Notes: generated from the sequence alone by a model not told the origin. A stretch of 64,000 nucleotides of DNA from Escherichia coli (GCF_050320075.1 NZ_CP190018.1); one strand, 5' to 3'. Numbered from the stretch's first letter, positions 47,573 through 63,368 are shown. Program-made: numbers and translations.

Positions 47573-47582
47573 TTATAAGGAG

Positions 47583-48023
47583 ATGAAATTGGAATCGCCA
47601 CTAGGTTCTGATCTGGCACGGTTGGTGCGCATATGGCGTGCTCTGATAGACCATCGCCTGAAACCGCTGGAGTTAACACAAACCCATTGGGTTACGTTAC
47701 ACAATATCCATCAGTTACCTCCAGACCAGTCGCAAATTCAACTGGCAAAAGCGATTGGCATCGAGCAGCCATCACTGGTCCGTACTCTGGACCAACTGGA
47801 AGAAAAAGGGTTAATTTCGCGTCAAACTTGTGCCAGCGATCGTCGGGCTAAACGTATTAAACTGACGGAAAAGGCAGAGCCGCTGATCAGCGAAATGGAA
47901 GCTGTTATTAACAAAACCCGCGCGGAAATTTTACATGGCATCTCCGCAGAGGAACTGGAACAACTGATTAAGCTCATCGCAAAACTTGAGCATAATATCA
48001 TTGAGTTACAGGCCAAAGGGTGA
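47583..48023 (+). CDS. slyA: MarR-family regulator SlyA (ATG at 47583; alternative TTG at 47589)
   Basis: [43 protein letters not shown]... Confidence 0.93.
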
Positions 48024-48034
48024 AATGAAGGGGG

Positions 48035-48060
48035 CGTGTGGTCAGTAACCTGACCACACG
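48035..48060. terminator. bidirectional hairpin between convergent slyA and slyB
   Basis: CGTGTGGTCAG-TAAC-CTGACCACACG, 11-bp perfect stem. Confidence 0.6.
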
Positions 48061-48069
48061 CAAACTTAT

Positions 48070-48537
48070 TTAGCGCGGGGAAACGGTCACCTGACTGCCA
48101 TTGCTGGCCAGTACGACACGTTGGCCCGGAGAGAAACGAGTGTTGCCTTGTTTCTGTACCACCATGATGGTATTACCATCGTCTTTACGAATTTCCAGCT
48201 CGACACCCTGCGTTTTGTTCATTGCACTCTGTACGCCCTGACCGGCTACGCCACCTGCAACAGCACCTGCTGCAGTAGCCAGAGAACGCCCGGTTCCGCC
48301 ACCAACAGTATTCCCCAGGAAACCACCAAGAACAGCACCGCCAATTGCGCCGATAACGTTGGAATCATCACCGCCCTGAATCTGTACCGGACGTACGTTA
48401 ACGATGGTGCCATAGCTGACATTCTGTACTTGTTTCGCTTCAGAAGCGGTATAAACATCCCCTGACAGGGTGTCGTTATTAACACAACCGACAAGAGACA
48501 GACCTACCATTGAAACAACCAATACGCGTTTAATCAT
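48070..48537 (-). CDS. slyB: outer membrane lipoprotein SlyB, 155 aa
   Basis: Lipobox LVGC; Gly-rich glycine-zipper region. Confidence 0.93.
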   Translation of the reverse strand: MIKRVLVVSMVGLSLVGCVNNDTLSGDVYTASEAKQVQNVSYGTIVNVRPVQIQGGDDSNVIGAIGGAVLGGFLGNTVGGGTGRSLATAAGAVAGGVAGQGVQSAMNKTQGVELEIRKDDGNTIMVVQKQGNTRFSPGQRVVLASNGSQVTVSPR

Positions 48538-48810
48538 TGAAAAATCTCCTGTTCACCATGAAACGCCACGCAAGCATCCCTCATGGTCAAAGTATATGGC
48601 ATATGTGAATCCATGGTTACATGTTCTACCAAATATGAGCAAATCATAATGAAAGTAGGATCAACCAATTATAAACAAAATATTCATGATGATTATTGAT
48701 TTGAAGATAATGTTTTACTACCAACGGTAAAAATCGGTCATTCCGCATAGTATTCACGAAAAGTTTATGTTTGAGTGGTGCGCAAACGTCAGATTGAAAA
48801 AGGATGAACT

Positions 48811-49920
48811 ATGAAATCGGGCCGCTTTATTGGCGTTATGTCAGGCACCAGCCTTGATGGTGTTGATGTTGTGTTGGCGACAATTGATGAACACCGGGTC
48901 GCACAGCTGGCAAGTTTGAGCTGGCCGATCCCGGTGTCTCTGAAACAGGCTGTACTGGATATTTGCCAGGGCCAGCAGCTTACACTTTCGCAGTTTGGAC
49001 AGCTTGATACTCAACTCGGGCGACTTTTTGCTGATGCGGTCAATGCCTTGCTTAAGGAACAAAACCTGCAGGCGAGAGATATCGTTGCGATCGGCTGTCA
49101 CGGTCAAACCGTCTGGCATGAACCGACGGGCGTGGCACCACACACTTTACAGATTGGCGATAACAATCAAATTGTGGCACGCACCGGAATTACGGTTGTC
49201 GGTGATTTTCGCCGTCGCGATATTGCCTTGGGAGGACAAGGCGCACCGCTGGTACCTGCGTTCCATCATGCGCTGCTGGCTCACCCAACCGAGCGACGAA
49301 TGGTGCTCAATATTGGCGGCATCGCAAATCTGTCACTGCTCATTCCTGGGCAGCCGGTTGGGGGCTACGATACCGGTCCTGGTAACATGCTGATGGATGC
49401 CTGGATCTGGCGTCAGGCAGGTAAACCTTACGATAAAGATGCCGAGTGGGCACGGGCGGGTAAAGTCATTCTCCCACTGCTGCAAAATATGCTTAGCGAC
49501 CCGTATTTCTCGCAACCTGCACCGAAAAGTACCGGACGCGAATACTTTAACTACGGCTGGCTGGAGCGCCATTTGCGCCATTTTCCGGGTGTTGATCCCC
49601 GAGATGTACAGGCGACACTGGCAGAACTCACCGCCGTGACCATTTCTGAACAAGTTTTGTTGAGCGGTGGCTGCGAACGATTGATGGTATGTGGTGGAGG
49701 AAGTCGTAATCCGCTACTCATGGCGCGTCTGGCGGCATTACTGCCAGGCACAGAAGTCACCACCACCGATGCCGTTGGCATTAGTGGCGATGACATGGAA
49801 GCATTGGCTTTCGCCTGGCTTGCCTGGCGGACGCTGGCGGGATTACCAGGAAATCTGCCTTCCGTCACTGGCGCAAGCCAGGAGACGGTACTCGGGGCTA
49901 TTTTCCCCGCTAACCCGTGA
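48811..49920 (+). CDS. anmK: anhydro-N-acetylmuramic acid kinase, 369 aa
   Basis: [23 protein letters not shown]... Confidence 0.93.
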
Positions 49921-50017
49921 TATCAGAGTTAACTGAATTTTTCTTACCGCGTCTGCCGTTACACTTGGAACGTTAGGGAGGGCGTATTGCCCTCCAGACC
50001 AGGAAAGTCTTCGGGAT

Positions 50018-50347
50018 ATGTCTATGAAAAAACTGTTACTGATCTGTTTGCCGGTCCTTCTCACCGGCTGTAGCGCGTTCAATCAACTGGTTGAGCGCAT
50101 GCAAACCGATACGCTGGAATACCAGTGTGATGAAAAACCGTTGACGGTCAAACTGAATAATCCGCGCCAGGAAGTCAGTTTTGTTTACGATAATCAACTA
50201 CTGCATCTCAAACAGGGCATTTCTGCGTCTGGTGCACGTTACACCGACGGGATCTATGTTTTCTGGTCGAAAGGCGAGGAAGCGACTGTCTATAAACGCG
50301 ACCGCATCGTCTTGAATAACTGTCAGTTACAAAATCCACAGCGTTGA
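50018..50347 (+). CDS. mliC: membrane-bound lysozyme inhibitor of C-type lysozyme, 109 aa
   Basis: Lipoprotein signal LTGCSAF. Confidence 0.9.
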   Translation: MSMKKLLLICLPVLLTGCSAFNQLVERMQTDTLEYQCDEKPLTVKLNNPRQEVSFVYDNQLLHLKQGISASGARYTDGIYVFWSKGEEATVYKRDRIVLNNCQLQNPQR

Positions 50348-50405
50348 GATTTTTCCAGGGGCGGCGCACAATAGCGTCACCCACTGACAATCCGTAAAGA
50401 AAACC

Positions 50406-51062
50406 ATGTCTGATAACGACGAATTGCAGCAAATCGCGCATCTGCGCCGTGAATACACCAAAGGCGGATTACGCCGCCGCGATCTTCCCGCCGATCCATT
50501 AACCCTTTTTGAACGCTGGCTCTCTCAGGCGTGTGAAGCCAAACTGGCGGACCCTACCGCGATGGTGGTCGCTACCGTGGATGAACATGGTCAGCCTTAT
50601 CAGCGCATCGTTTTACTCAAACATTACGACGAAAAAGGCATGGTGTTTTACACCAACCTCGGCAGCCGTAAAGCACATCAAATCGAAAATAATCCGCGCG
50701 TTAGCCTGCTGTTCCCGTGGCATACCCTTGAGCGCCAGGTGATGGTGATCGGTAAAGCGGAACGACTTTCGACTCTCGAAGTGATGAAATATTTTCATAG
50801 TCGTCCCCGTGATAGCCAGATTGGTGCATGGGTTTCGAAGCAGTCCAGTCGCATTTCTGCCCGCGGTATCCTTGAAAGTAAATTCCTGGAGCTGAAGCAG
50901 AAGTTTCAACAGGGCGAAGTGCCATTGCCGAGTTTTTGGGGCGGTTTTCGCGTCAGCCTTGAACAGATTGAGTTCTGGCAGGGCGGTGAGCATCGCCTGC
51001 ATGACCGCTTTTTGTACCAGCGTGAAAATGATGCGTGGAAGATTGATCGTCTTGCCCCCTGA
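50406..51062 (+). CDS. pdxH: pyridoxine/pyridoxamine 5'-phosphate oxidase, 218 aa
   Basis: 218-aa FMN-binding split-barrel protein. Confidence 0.95.
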
Positions 51063-51190
51063 AAAGATGCAAAAATCTTGCTTTAATCGCTGGTACTCCT
51101 GATTCTGGCACTTTATTCTATGTCTCTTTCGCATCTGGCGAAAAGTCGTGTACCGGCAAAGGTGCAGTCGTTATATACATGGAGATTTTG

Positions 51191-52465
51191 ATGGCAAGCA
51201 GTAACTTGATTAAACAATTGCAAGAGCGGGGGCTGGTAGCCCAGGTGACGGACGAGGAAGCGTTAGCAGAGCGACTGGCGCAAGGCCCGATCGCGCTCTA
51301 TTGCGGCTTCGATCCTACCGCTGACAGCTTGCATTTGGGGCATCTTGTTCCATTGTTATGCCTGAAACGCTTCCAGCAGGCGGGCCACAAGCCGGTTGCG
51401 CTGGTAGGCGGCGCGACGGGTCTGATTGGCGACCCGAGCTTCAAAGCTGCTGAGCGTAAGCTGAACACCGAAGAAACTGTTCAGGAATGGGTGGACAAAA
51501 TCCGCAAGCAGGTTGCCCCGTTCCTCGATTTCGACTGTGGAGAAAACTCTGCTATCGCGGCGAACAACTATGACTGGTTCGGCAATATGAATGTGCTGAC
51601 CTTCCTGCGCGATATTGGCAAACACTTCTCCGTTAACCAGATGATCAACAAAGAAGCGGTTAAGCAGCGTCTCAACCGTGAAGATCAGGGGATTTCGTTC
51701 ACTGAGTTTTCCTACAACCTGTTGCAGGGTTATGACTTCGCCTGTCTGAACAAACAGTACGGTGTGGTGCTGCAAATTGGTGGTTCTGACCAGTGGGGTA
51801 ACATCACTTCTGGTATCGACCTGACCCGTCGTCTGCATCAGAATCAGGTGTTTGGCCTGACCGTTCCGCTGATCACCAAAGCAGACGGCACCAAATTTGG
51901 TAAAACTGAAGGCGGCGCAGTCTGGTTGGATCCGAAGAAAACCAGCCCGTACAAATTCTACCAGTTCTGGATCAACACTGCGGATGCCGACGTTTACCGC
52001 TTCCTGAAGTTCTTCACCTTTATGAGCATTGAAGAGATCAACGCCCTGGAAGAAGAAGATAAAAACAGCGGTAAAGCACCGCGCGCCCAGTATGTACTGG
52101 CGGAGCAGGTGACTCGTCTGGTTCACGGTGAAGAAGGTTTACAGGCGGCAAAACGTATTACCGAATGCCTGTTCAGCGGTTCCTTGAGTGCGCTGAGTGA
52201 AGCGGACTTCGAACAGCTGGCGCAGGACGGCGTACCGATGGTTGAGATGGAAAAAGGCGCAGACCTGATGCAGGCGCTGGTCGATTCTGAACTGCAACCT
52301 TCCCGTGGTCAGGCGCGTAAAACTATCGCCTCCAATGCCATCACCATTAACGGTGAAAAACAATCCGATCCTGAATACTTCTTTAAAGAAGAAGATCGTC
52401 TGTTTGGTCGTTTTACCTTACTGCGTCGCGGCAAAAAGAATTACTGTCTGATTTGCTGGAAATAA
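51191..52465 (+). CDS. tyrS: tyrosyl-tRNA synthetase, 424 aa
   Basis: Internal ATG at 51191 ([15 protein letters not shown]...); HIGH motif as HLGH; KMSKS-type KFGKT. Confidence 0.95.
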
Positions 52466-52480
52466 TGCATTAAGTGGAAA

Positions 52481-52513
52481 GGGGGAGTGAGAAATCACTC
52501 CCCCTGGTTTTTA
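52481..52513 (+). terminator. tyrS intrinsic terminator
   Basis: GGGGGAGTGA-GAAA-TCACTCCCCC followed by TGGTTTTTA. Confidence 0.85.
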
Positions 52514-52523
52514 TACAGGGAAC

Positions 52524-53387
52524 ATGATGAAAAATATTCTCGCTATCCAGTCTCACGTTGTTTATGGTCATGCGGGTAACAGTGCGGCAGAGTTTCCGAT
52601 GCGCCGCCTGGGCGCGAACGTCTGGCCGCTGAACACCGTTCAATTTTCTAATCACACCCAATACGGCAAATGGACTGGCTGCGTGATGCCGCCCAGCCAT
52701 TTAACCGAAATTGTGCAAGGCATTGCCGCCATTGATAAATTACACACCTGTGATGCCGTATTAAGTGGCTATCTGGGTTCGGCGGAGCAGGGTGAACATA
52801 TTCTCGGTATCGTTCGTCAGGTGAAAGCAGCAAATCCGCAGGCGAAATATTTTTGCGATCCGGTAATGGGTCATCCGGAAAAAGGCTGTATCGTTGCACC
52901 GGGTGTCGCAGAGTTTCATGTGCGGCACGGTTTGCCTGCCAGCGATATCATTGCGCCGAATCTGGTTGAGCTGGAGATACTCTGTGAGCATCCGGTAAAT
53001 AACGTCGAAGAAGCGGTTCTGGCAGCGCGTGAACTCATTGCGCAAGGGCCACAAATTGTGTTGGTTAAACACCTGGCGCGGGCTGGCTACAGCCGTGACC
53101 GTTTTGAAATGCTGCTGGTTACCGCCGATGAAGCCTGGCATATCAGCCGTCCGCTGGTGGATTTTGGTATGCGCCAGCCGGTAGGTGTTGGTGATGTGAC
53201 GAGCGGTTTACTGCTGGTGAAACTGCTTCAGGGGGCAACGCTGCAGGAGGCCCTGGAACATGTGACCGCTGCAGTATACGAAATCATGGTGACCACCAAA
53301 GCAATGCAGGAATATGAGCTGCAAGTGGTTGCTGCTCAGGATCGTATTGCCAAACCAGAACATTATTTCAGCGCAACAAAGCTCTGA
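52524..53387 (+). CDS. pdxY: pyridoxal kinase 2, 287 aa
   Basis: [30 protein letters not shown]... Confidence 0.93.
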   Translation: MMKNILAIQSHVVYGHAGNSAAEFPMRRLGANVWPLNTVQFSNHTQYGKWTGCVMPPSHLTEIVQGIAAIDKLHTCDAVLSGYLGSAEQGEHILGIVRQVKAANPQAKYFCDPVMGHPEKGCIVAPGVAEFHVRHGLPASDIIAPNLVELEILCEHPVNNVEEAVLAARELIAQGPQIVLVKHLARAGYSRDRFEMLLVTADEAWHISRPLVDFGMRQPVGVGDVTSGLLLVKLLQGATLQEALEHVTAAVYEIMVTTKAMQEYELQVVAAQDRIAKPEHYFSATKL

Positions 53388-53399
53388 AATATCTCATTT

Positions 53400-53423
53400 C
53401 GGCCCACAACGACCTGTGGGCCG
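53400..53423. terminator. hairpin between convergent pdxY and gstA
   Basis: CGGCCCACA-ACGACC-TGTGGGCCG. Confidence 0.45.
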
Positions 53424-53430
53424 ATGGCTA

Positions 53431-54036
53431 TTACTTTAAGCCTTCCGCTGACAGCGCGTCTTGTACTTCCGGACGTTCAGCCATACGTTGCATAAATGCC
53501 GCAATGTGCTCTAACCCTTCCAGATTCAGTTTCACCGCGTATGCCCAGCGCAGAACCGTAAACAGATAGGCATCAGCAATTGTAAATCGTTGCCCGCAGA
53601 TCCAGTGCTCATCCTTCAGAGCATCGTTCACATATTGCAGCTTCTTCTCCAGCTGCGCGCGAACTGTTGGTTTGTACTCTTCCGGTGTATCAGGGCGAAA
53701 CAGAGGTGTGAAGCCTTTATGCAGCTCGGTGGCGATGTAATTCAGCCATTCGATGGTTTTATAGCGGGAAATACTGTTTACCGGTGCCAGCAACTGGCGG
53801 TCGGGGACGCTGTCGGCAAGATACTGCATAATCGCTACGCCTTCCGTCAGCAAAGTACCATCGTCCAGCAGCAATGCAGGTACCTGTCCCTTAGGGTTAA
53901 CGGCAAAGTAATCGTCACCGTTTTCGAGACGTTTTTTCATTAAATCCACACTGACGAGCGTAAAATCCTTTCCGCTCTCACGCAGGGTGATATGGGAAGC
54001 GAGAGAGCAGGCGCCCGGTTTGTAGAACAATTTCAT
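53431..54036 (-). CDS. gstA: glutathione S-transferase, 201 aa
   Basis: [27 protein letters not shown]... Confidence 0.95.
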   Translation of the reverse strand: MKLFYKPGACSLASHITLRESGKDFTLVSVDLMKKRLENGDDYFAVNPKGQVPALLLDDGTLLTEGVAIMQYLADSVPDRQLLAPVNSISRYKTIEWLNYIATELHKGFTPLFRPDTPEEYKPTVRAQLEKKLQYVNDALKDEHWICGQRFTIADAYLFTVLRWAYAVKLNLEGLEHIAAFMQRMAERPEVQDALSAEGLK

Positions 54037-54083
54037 CGGTAACTCCTTTTGTCTGTGGTTTAAAGTATGGTAGTGCGTTGCTG

Positions 54084-54120
54084 AACAAAAAAAAAGCCGC
54101 TAACGAAAAGTTAGCGGCTT
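54084..54120 (-). terminator. dtpA intrinsic terminator
   Basis: Minus strand reads AAGCCGCTAAC-TTTTC-GTTAGCGGCTT followed by TTTTTTTTTG. Confidence 0.85.
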
Positions 54121-54141
54121 GTAAAAGAGTTTCCCTGAATT

Positions 54142-55644
54142 TTACGCTACAGCAGCTTTCGCCGCTTTGTCTGCAGCGTCATCCTGCGTCATGCGGTGCA
54201 GTTTCGGCGCGGTCAGCAGCATCAGTACAGCAATAACGGCAGTAGCGACACCAATCTGCAAGAATACGCGACCATAGACTTCCAGTGACATCAGCGGATC
54301 GGTAACGTTATCCGGCACAGCCATCATACCCGCAACATAACCACCAATCAGGTTTGCACCGGCAGTGGTCAGGAACCAGCTACCCATAATGAAGCCCATC
54401 AGACGCTGCGGAACGAGTTGTGCAACCATTGCCAGACCCAGACCAGAGATCATAAGTTCCCCGATACTCTGCAGGCCATAGCTTGCGACCAGCCAGCTTA
54501 CAGACACGATACCTGCGTCAGACGCGAATTTTGCACCCAGCGGCAGAATCAGGAACGCACCAGAACACATCACCATACCGATTGCAAACTTAGTTGGCAT
54601 CGGCAGGGTATCGCCCATCTTGTTATAGATAGCGGCCAGAATCGGGCTACCAATGATGATCCAGAACGGGTTCAGTGCCTGATACTGCTCAGGTTCTACG
54701 GCCAGGCCCAGAATGGTGTGTTCAACGTTACGAATCGCAAAGAAGTTCAGTGACGTTGGCATCTGGCTGTACAGCACGAAGAAGATAATGGCTTCGAGCA
54801 TCAGGATGAAGGCAACGATCATTTTACGACGCGCAGCACCTTTCATCGCGAAGGCTTCTTTACCGAAGATAACCACAATACCGAAGGCAACAACGCCCAG
54901 CGCCATACGCGCAACTTCCTGATTGTGCAGCAGCCAGGTGGCGATAGCGATCAGTGCCACAACACCAATAATGGTCAGCAGCAGGTTACGGTAGTTGATA
55001 GGCTCGAAGTCTGGTTTTGAACCGTACTGTTTAACCCAGCGTTGGCAGAAGGCGAAGTTAACGATAGTGATCAGCAGGCCTACAACGCTCAACGCAAACG
55101 CAACACTCCAGCCGTATTTCGCGGCCAGCCACGGGGTGGCGATCATAGAGAAGAAAGAGCCGATGTTGACGGACATGTAGTACATGGTGAATGCACCGTC
55201 CAGACGCGGGTCGTTTTTCTCATAGCATGTAGAAAGCAGAGAAGACGGGTTAGCTTTAAACAGGCCGTTACCGACCGCAATAGCCGCCATACCCATATAA
55301 ACGATACCGGCGTCGTGACCAGACCAGGCAACCAGAGCATAACCAATCGCCAGCACAATAGCGCCAAGCATAATTACGCGTTTAGTACCCAGTACCTTGT
55401 CACCTAACCAGCCGCCGATAGCGACCAGACCATAAACCAGGGCACTAAAGGAAGAGAAAAGGGTGATTGAATCCGCTTCAGACATACCCAGTTGTTTAAC
55501 CAGGTAAACAGCCATAATTCCTTGTAGGCCGTAATAACCAAAACGTTCCCATAACTCAATCGAGAAGATGAGATAGAACGCCTTCGGTTGTTTGAAAGCG
55601 TTCAAACTGACGCTTTCAGTTGGTTTTTGGTTTGCAGTGGACAC
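54142..55644 (-). CDS. dtpA: proton-dependent di/tripeptide permease DtpA (TppB/YdgR), 500 aa
   Basis: 500-aa POT/PTR2-family transporter. Confidence 0.93.
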
Positions 55645-56254
55645 TTTTACCTCTTTTTTTACATCCCATATTAACGGGGGTGCTTTCTCGCGTTATGCCT
55701 AAAAAACATACGCGCAATTGTTATAGTGGGAGGGGAAACGGCAGGTAATGTTCACTATCTTGCACTTTCAGACAAGTCCTTTGTAATAATCTGTTACATA
55801 TAACTGAGGCGGGGAATTCAACCATTCCGGGAAATGTTATCCAGCGTTAAATTTTTCAAAAAACGTAACGGCAGATTTTTTCACTACCCTGAGAGGGGGA
55901 TGATGGCTTAACGGCGATATGTTCTGCTATTTAGCGTTTTTCCTAGTGAGATAGTCCAGTTTCTGAAAAATAGCCAGTGTAATGTTTTGTAGGTCAATAT
56001 TTGTTGCGTGTGTAAATTTAAATGATTTTAACCTAGTTCTTGCAATGTTTTTACATTGCCACAGCATCGTGATCTTGATCACGAATGAATAGAAAATTTC
56101 GCTATTAAAAAAACAATTAACCTGCATTTTTGGTTAGCCACAAACGGATTACCTGATGATAACGCTAAGCAATGGCATCATTGACGTTAAAAAGATGTTT
56201 TAAAAGAGGATAAAGAAAGGTTATCAATGGGGTAATCGGTGTTACCCCTTTTCT

Positions 56255-56890
56255 TCAGATGTCAACTTTCTCTTTGTATTCACAAAGATCTTCAATAATA
56301 CAAGAGCCACAGCGAGGCTTGCGGGCAATACAGGTATAACGCCCGTGCAGGATCAACCAATGGTGGCAGTCGACTTTAAACTCTGCCGGAACCACTTTCA
56401 GTAGCTTTTCTTCTACCTGTTCGACGTTTTTCCCCGGCGCAAATTGAGTACGATTACAAACGCGGAAAATGTGCGTGTCGACAGCAATAGTCGGCCAGCC
56501 GAATGCAGTGTTTAATACGACGTTGGCTGTTTTACGACCTACACCAGGCAGGGCTTCAAGCGCAGCACGATCTTCCGGAACCTCGCCATTATGCTGTTCC
56601 AGTAAGATACGGCAGGTTCTGATGATATTTTCTGCTTTGCTGTTATAAAGCCCAATGGTTTTGATATAGGTTTTCACCCCTTCGACGCCCAGTTCAAGCA
56701 TCGCTGCAGGTGTATTAGCCACCGGGTAGAGTTTCGCCGTCGCCTTATTAACACTGACATCGGTCGCCTGAGCGGAAAGCAGTACGGCAATCAGCAATTC
56801 AAAAGGCGAACTGAAATTAAGCTCGGTGGTGGGATGAGGATTGTTCTCACGCAGGCGAGTGAGGATCTCCAGGCGTTTTGCTTTGTTCAT
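56255..56890 (-). CDS. nth: endonuclease III (HhH-GPD DNA glycosylase, 4Fe-4S), 211 aa
   Basis: C-terminal Cys cluster C-x6-C-x2-C-x5-C; 1-nt overlap with rsxE. Confidence 0.95.
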   Translation of the reverse strand: MNKAKRLEILTRLRENNPHPTTELNFSSPFELLIAVLLSAQATDVSVNKATAKLYPVANTPAAMLELGVEGVKTYIKTIGLYNSKAENIIRTCRILLEQHNGEVPEDRAALEALPGVGRKTANVVLNTAFGWPTIAVDTHIFRVCNRTQFAPGKNVEQVEEKLLKVVPAEFKVDCHHWLILHGRYTCIARKPRCGSCIIEDLCEYKEKVDI

Positions 56891-57585
56891 CAGACATTCC
56901 CTGTTTCACCGTTTGGCAATGCACGTTCGGCAGCTGCTTCAGTACGGCGCTTTTTCATTCTTTCATCAATCAGGTATTTCCCTGCCAGCATCAGTCCCAG
57001 GCCAATAAATGCACCTGGTGGCAGCATCGCCAGCAGGAAAGGGGAGTCGGTGTGGAAAATTTCCACGCGTAATACTTTTGCCCAGCTACCTAACAGCGCA
57101 TCTGCACCGTCAAACAACGTGCCATTGCCGATAATTTCGCGTAGTGAACCCAGCACGAACATGGCGCAGGTTGCGCCCATACCAATTGAAAAGCCGTCCA
57201 GTGCCGAAAGCGCCGGACCTTTTTTGGCGGCGAAGGCTTCAGCGCGGCCCACAACGATACAGTTAGTGACAATCAGCGGAATAAAAATCCCTAATGATTG
57301 ATACAGGCCAAAGGCGTAGGCGTTGATCAGCATCTGTACAGCGCTGACCACCGAGGCGATGATCATCACGTAAATGGGAATGCGGATCTCGGCTGGCGTC
57401 CAGTGACGCAGCGTCGAAATGGTCAAGTTGGTCAGCGTCAGTACCAGCGTAGTCGCAAGTCCTAAACCCAGAGCGTTAGTGGCAGTGGACGTGACCGCCA
57501 ATAGCGGACAGAGGCCGAGCAGCTGGACCAGCGCAGAGTTGTTTTTCCACAACCCCTGAACAATAACGTCTTTAATTTCGCTCAC
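56890..57585 (-). CDS. rsxE: Rsx/Rnf electron transport complex subunit E, 231 aa
   Basis: 231-aa membrane protein in rsxABCDGE context. Confidence 0.93.
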
Positions 57586-57588
57586 GCT

Positions 57589-58209
57589 TTATTCTCCACA
57601 GGCAGGAAGTTGAGAAAGTTGTGACGGTAACGTCTGAGCGTACAATCCGGCGCGTTTTACCGCATTAACCACCGCGCGCGGAGTAATCGTCGCGCCGGTG
57701 AACTGGTCGAAATCACCACCATCTTTCTTCACCGCCCAGTGCGCATCATCCGCACCACTGATTTTTTTACCCGCAAAATGGGTGATCCAGTCAGAAAGGC
57801 GCAGTTCGATTTTATCGCCAAGCCCTGGCGTTTCGTGGTGCTCTGTCACGCGCGTGCCAAGTACCGTGCCGTTAAAATCGGCTCCCACCAGCAGCTGAAT
57901 CGCACCGGAATAGCCATCTGGCGCGGTTGTTTCCAGAACGGCGGCTACCGGTTTGTCATCCTGTTTGGCGATGTAAACCCGATGCTCACCTTTACCTAAC
58001 TCTGGCGCAGTTACCAGATAGCAACTCTGTGCCAGCGCATTGTTATAGCGTTCGGCTGGCAGCACCTGATCAAATAACGCTTTTTGTTGCAGACTGGCCT
58101 GTTCAGCAATCGTCGTTTTGGTCATCTGGTTGATGGCCGCAGTTAACCCTGTAGAACCCGCTGCAAATAGTGCCAACGTAATGCCGTGTTTTCGGATAGT
58201 TTTCAGCAT
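57589..58209 (-). CDS. rsxG: Rsx/Rnf complex subunit G (FMN-binding), 206 aa
   Basis: 206-aa ORF with N-terminal membrane anchor. Confidence 0.93.
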   Translation of the reverse strand: MLKTIRKHGITLALFAAGSTGLTAAINQMTKTTIAEQASLQQKALFDQVLPAERYNNALAQSCYLVTAPELGKGEHRVYIAKQDDKPVAAVLETTAPDGYSGAIQLLVGADFNGTVLGTRVTEHHETPGLGDKIELRLSDWITHFAGKKISGADDAHWAVKKDGGDFDQFTGATITPRAVVNAVKRAGLYAQTLPSQLSQLPACGE

Positions 58210-58212
58210 GGT

Positions 58213-59271
58213 TTACCCTTTGCGATGGCCGTAGACGCGCGGACGCGTGTAGTAATCGATCAGAGGAACCGTGATGTTCGCCAGCAGGACGGCAAAAGCC
58301 ACGCCGTCAGGATAGCCGCCGAAACTGCGGATCAACCAGACTAATAAGCCCGCCAGCGCGCCGAAAATAAGACGACCACGATTGGTCGTAGAAGCGGTAA
58401 CCGGGTCAGTCAAAATAAAGAATGCGCCGAGCATAGTCGCACCAGACAGCAGATGAATTTGGGGTGATGCCAGTGTTTCTGGTGAGAACAACCAGCCCAA
58501 CGTTGCGCATAACGCCAGCGTTACTAAGAAGCTGAGGGGAATATGCCAGCGAATCGCTTTCTGCCATAGCAACCACACGCCGCCAGCCAGCCAGGCGAGA
58601 TTTACCCATTGCCAACCAGCGCCCGCCAGAATACCGCTGTAGATCGGATATTGCATAATCTGTTCAACCGAATGACCGGCACGGACAGAGGTTTTAAATG
58701 TATCCAACGGTGTCGCCTGACTAATGCCATCAATACCTAAGCGTAGCGTGTTCATATCACCACCACTGGGGGTATGTCCGCTGAAAATAACCTGTATGGC
58801 GTCGATAAAACCAGGGATGTTGACCGCAATTTCATGTGGCGGTAACCAGCTGGTCATCTGCACCGGGAAGGAGATCAGTAAGACCACATAACCAATCATT
58901 GCCGGATTAAACGGGTTTTGCCCCAGACCGCCATACAACTGTTTAGCGATGATCACCGCAAACACCGTACCCAGTACGACCATCCACCATGGCGCGAGGG
59001 GGGGAATACTTACCGCCAGCAATAAGCCTGTCAGCAATGCTGAGTTATCTTTCAACGTTGCGGCTACCGACTGCTTGCGTAGTTTGAGTACGAGAGCTTC
59101 GGCTAACAGAGCACTGACCGACGCCAACAGGATCTGAACGAGAGTACCCCAACCAAAAAACCACAGTTGCGCTGCGATTCCTGGCACGGCTGCGAGCAAC
59201 ACCAACAGCATAATGCGCGATGTCTGGCGCTGGTTATGGGTATAAGGGGAGCTAGCTATTCTGAATACCAT
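58213..59271 (-). CDS. rsxD: Rsx/Rnf complex subunit D, 352 aa
   Basis: 352-aa polytopic membrane protein. Confidence 0.93.
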   Translation of the reverse strand: MVFRIASSPYTHNQRQTSRIMLLVLLAAVPGIAAQLWFFGWGTLVQILLASVSALLAEALVLKLRKQSVAATLKDNSALLTGLLLAVSIPPLAPWWMVVLGTVFAVIIAKQLYGGLGQNPFNPAMIGYVVLLISFPVQMTSWLPPHEIAVNIPGFIDAIQVIFSGHTPSGGDMNTLRLGIDGISQATPLDTFKTSVRAGHSVEQIMQYPIYSGILAGAGWQWVNLAWLAGGVWLLWQKAIRWHIPLSFLVTLALCATLGWLFSPETLASPQIHLLSGATMLGAFFILTDPVTASTTNRGRLIFGALAGLLVWLIRSFGGYPDGVAFAVLLANITVPLIDYYTRPRVYGHRKG

Positions 59272-61968
<2,697 letters not shown>

Positions 61969-61969
<1 letters not shown>

Positions 61970-62550
61970 TACAACTTCACCAAACCACTAAAGCCCATAA
62001 AGGCCAGAGACATAAGACCTGCGGTAATTAACGCAATGGCATTACCGCGAAAAGGTGCCGGGACATCAGCCACAGCAAGGCGTTCGCGGATGGCGGCGAA
62101 GAGCACCATCACCAGCGAGAAACCGACAGCGGCGGAAAAACCGTACAGCGCCGACTGCAAGAAATTGTGCCCGAGATTGATATTCAGCAACGCCACGCCG
62201 AGCACTGCACAGTTGGTGGTGATAAGCGGCAAAAAAATCCCCAGCAGACGGTAAAGCACCGGGCTGGTTTTGCGCACCACCATCTCGGTGAACTGCACAA
62301 CCACAGCAATCACCAGAATAAACGCCAGGGTGCGCAGGTAAATCAGATTAAGCGGGATCAAAATCCACGTATCGATAAGCCAGGCGCAAATAGACGCCAG
62401 CGTCATCACAAACGTTGTTGCCAGCCCCATGCCCATCGCGGTTTCCAGCTTTTTGGAAACTCCCATAAACGGACAGAGACCGAGAAACTTGACCAGTACA
62501 AAGTTATTGACCAGTACAGTTCCGACAAACAGTAACAGGTAGTCAGTCAT
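61969..62550 (-). CDS. rsxA: Rsx/Rnf complex subunit A, 193 aa
   Basis: 193-aa membrane protein; 1-nt overlap with rsxB. Confidence 0.93.
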
Positions 62551-62626
62551 TTTTCGGCCTGAAATAAAAAAGCCGCCTATTATCCGTTAATCCAGAGCAG
62601 GCGACAACAGGTTAACTGTAAGGTTA

Positions 62627-63067
62627 TTACGGATTCACAAACGTCGCTTTCACCCGCGACGAGCGTTTAAAATAGGGGACGATCAATGCGGTTGCCAACA
62701 AAGTAAACAGTAACTGGCGAACGGCTATGCCATCTTCCACGGGTGAAAAAGCGAACGCTTTTACTGCCAGCAATACGGAAATAAGCAGCCAGATAATATA
62801 GTGTTTAGGAACACAACGCCGACGTTTAAAGAAAGCGATGGTCAACCACAGTGTGTAATACCACATGGCGATAGCGGTAATAAAAGAAACGCCCCATAAG
62901 ATTTGTGTCGTCAGTGCTTGTTCGCCGAGCGTTTGAAATGTTTGCGGAGAAGATAACGCAGCGGTATACAGCAACAACGCCAGCGTCGTACTTAACAGAG
63001 CGACTAAAAGCCAGGCCAATGGGCCAAGCAACCAGCCTCCAATACGTTGTGGCGTTGTGGTGGTCAT
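62627..63067 (-). CDS. ydgK: inner membrane protein YdgK, 146 aa
   Basis: Internal ATG at 63067 (MTTTTPQRIGGWLLGPLAWLL...). Confidence 0.8.
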   Translation of the reverse strand: MTTTTPQRIGGWLLGPLAWLLVALLSTTLALLLYTAALSSPQTFQTLGEQALTTQILWGVSFITAIAMWYYTLWLTIAFFKRRRCVPKHYIIWLLISVLLAVKAFAFSPVEDGIAVRQLLFTLLATALIVPYFKRSSRVKATFVNP

Positions 63068-63152
63068 AGGTTCTCCAGAATAGCGACGCAAACAGGCAAA
63101 TCTAATTTTTGGGGCGTTATTATAAGGCTTTTATAACCGATCGCTACTTTCT

Positions 63153-63368
63153 TTATTGGACATAGTGCCAGACGGACTTCGGTACCTGGCCGAGGTCAAA
63201 CAAACGCCCGCCAGAAACCAGCTCTGCGCGACGGTGATCGGCAGCACGATACATATTGATCAGTTCCTGATCGTCCGTCAGGGTGTAATTAAGATGGTCG
63301 TAGAGTTTTTCCAGACTTTCGAGTGAACTGATTTTGCGAAATTTTAATAAGTAGTCCTGAACAGTCAT
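63153..63368 (-). CDS. cnu: Hha-family nucleoid-associated protein Cnu (YdgT), 71 aa
   Basis: [58 protein letters not shown]... Confidence 0.9.

Noticed and set aside
51356-52126. 256-aa minus-strand ORF
   Set aside because: Antisense to tyrS; mirror-frame artefact.
56227-56254. Hairpin GGGGTAA-TCGGTG-TTACCCC followed by TTTTCTT on the plus strand next to the nth stop
   Set aside because: No plus-strand gene upstream to terminate and no T-tract on the nth side; function unclear, not annotated.
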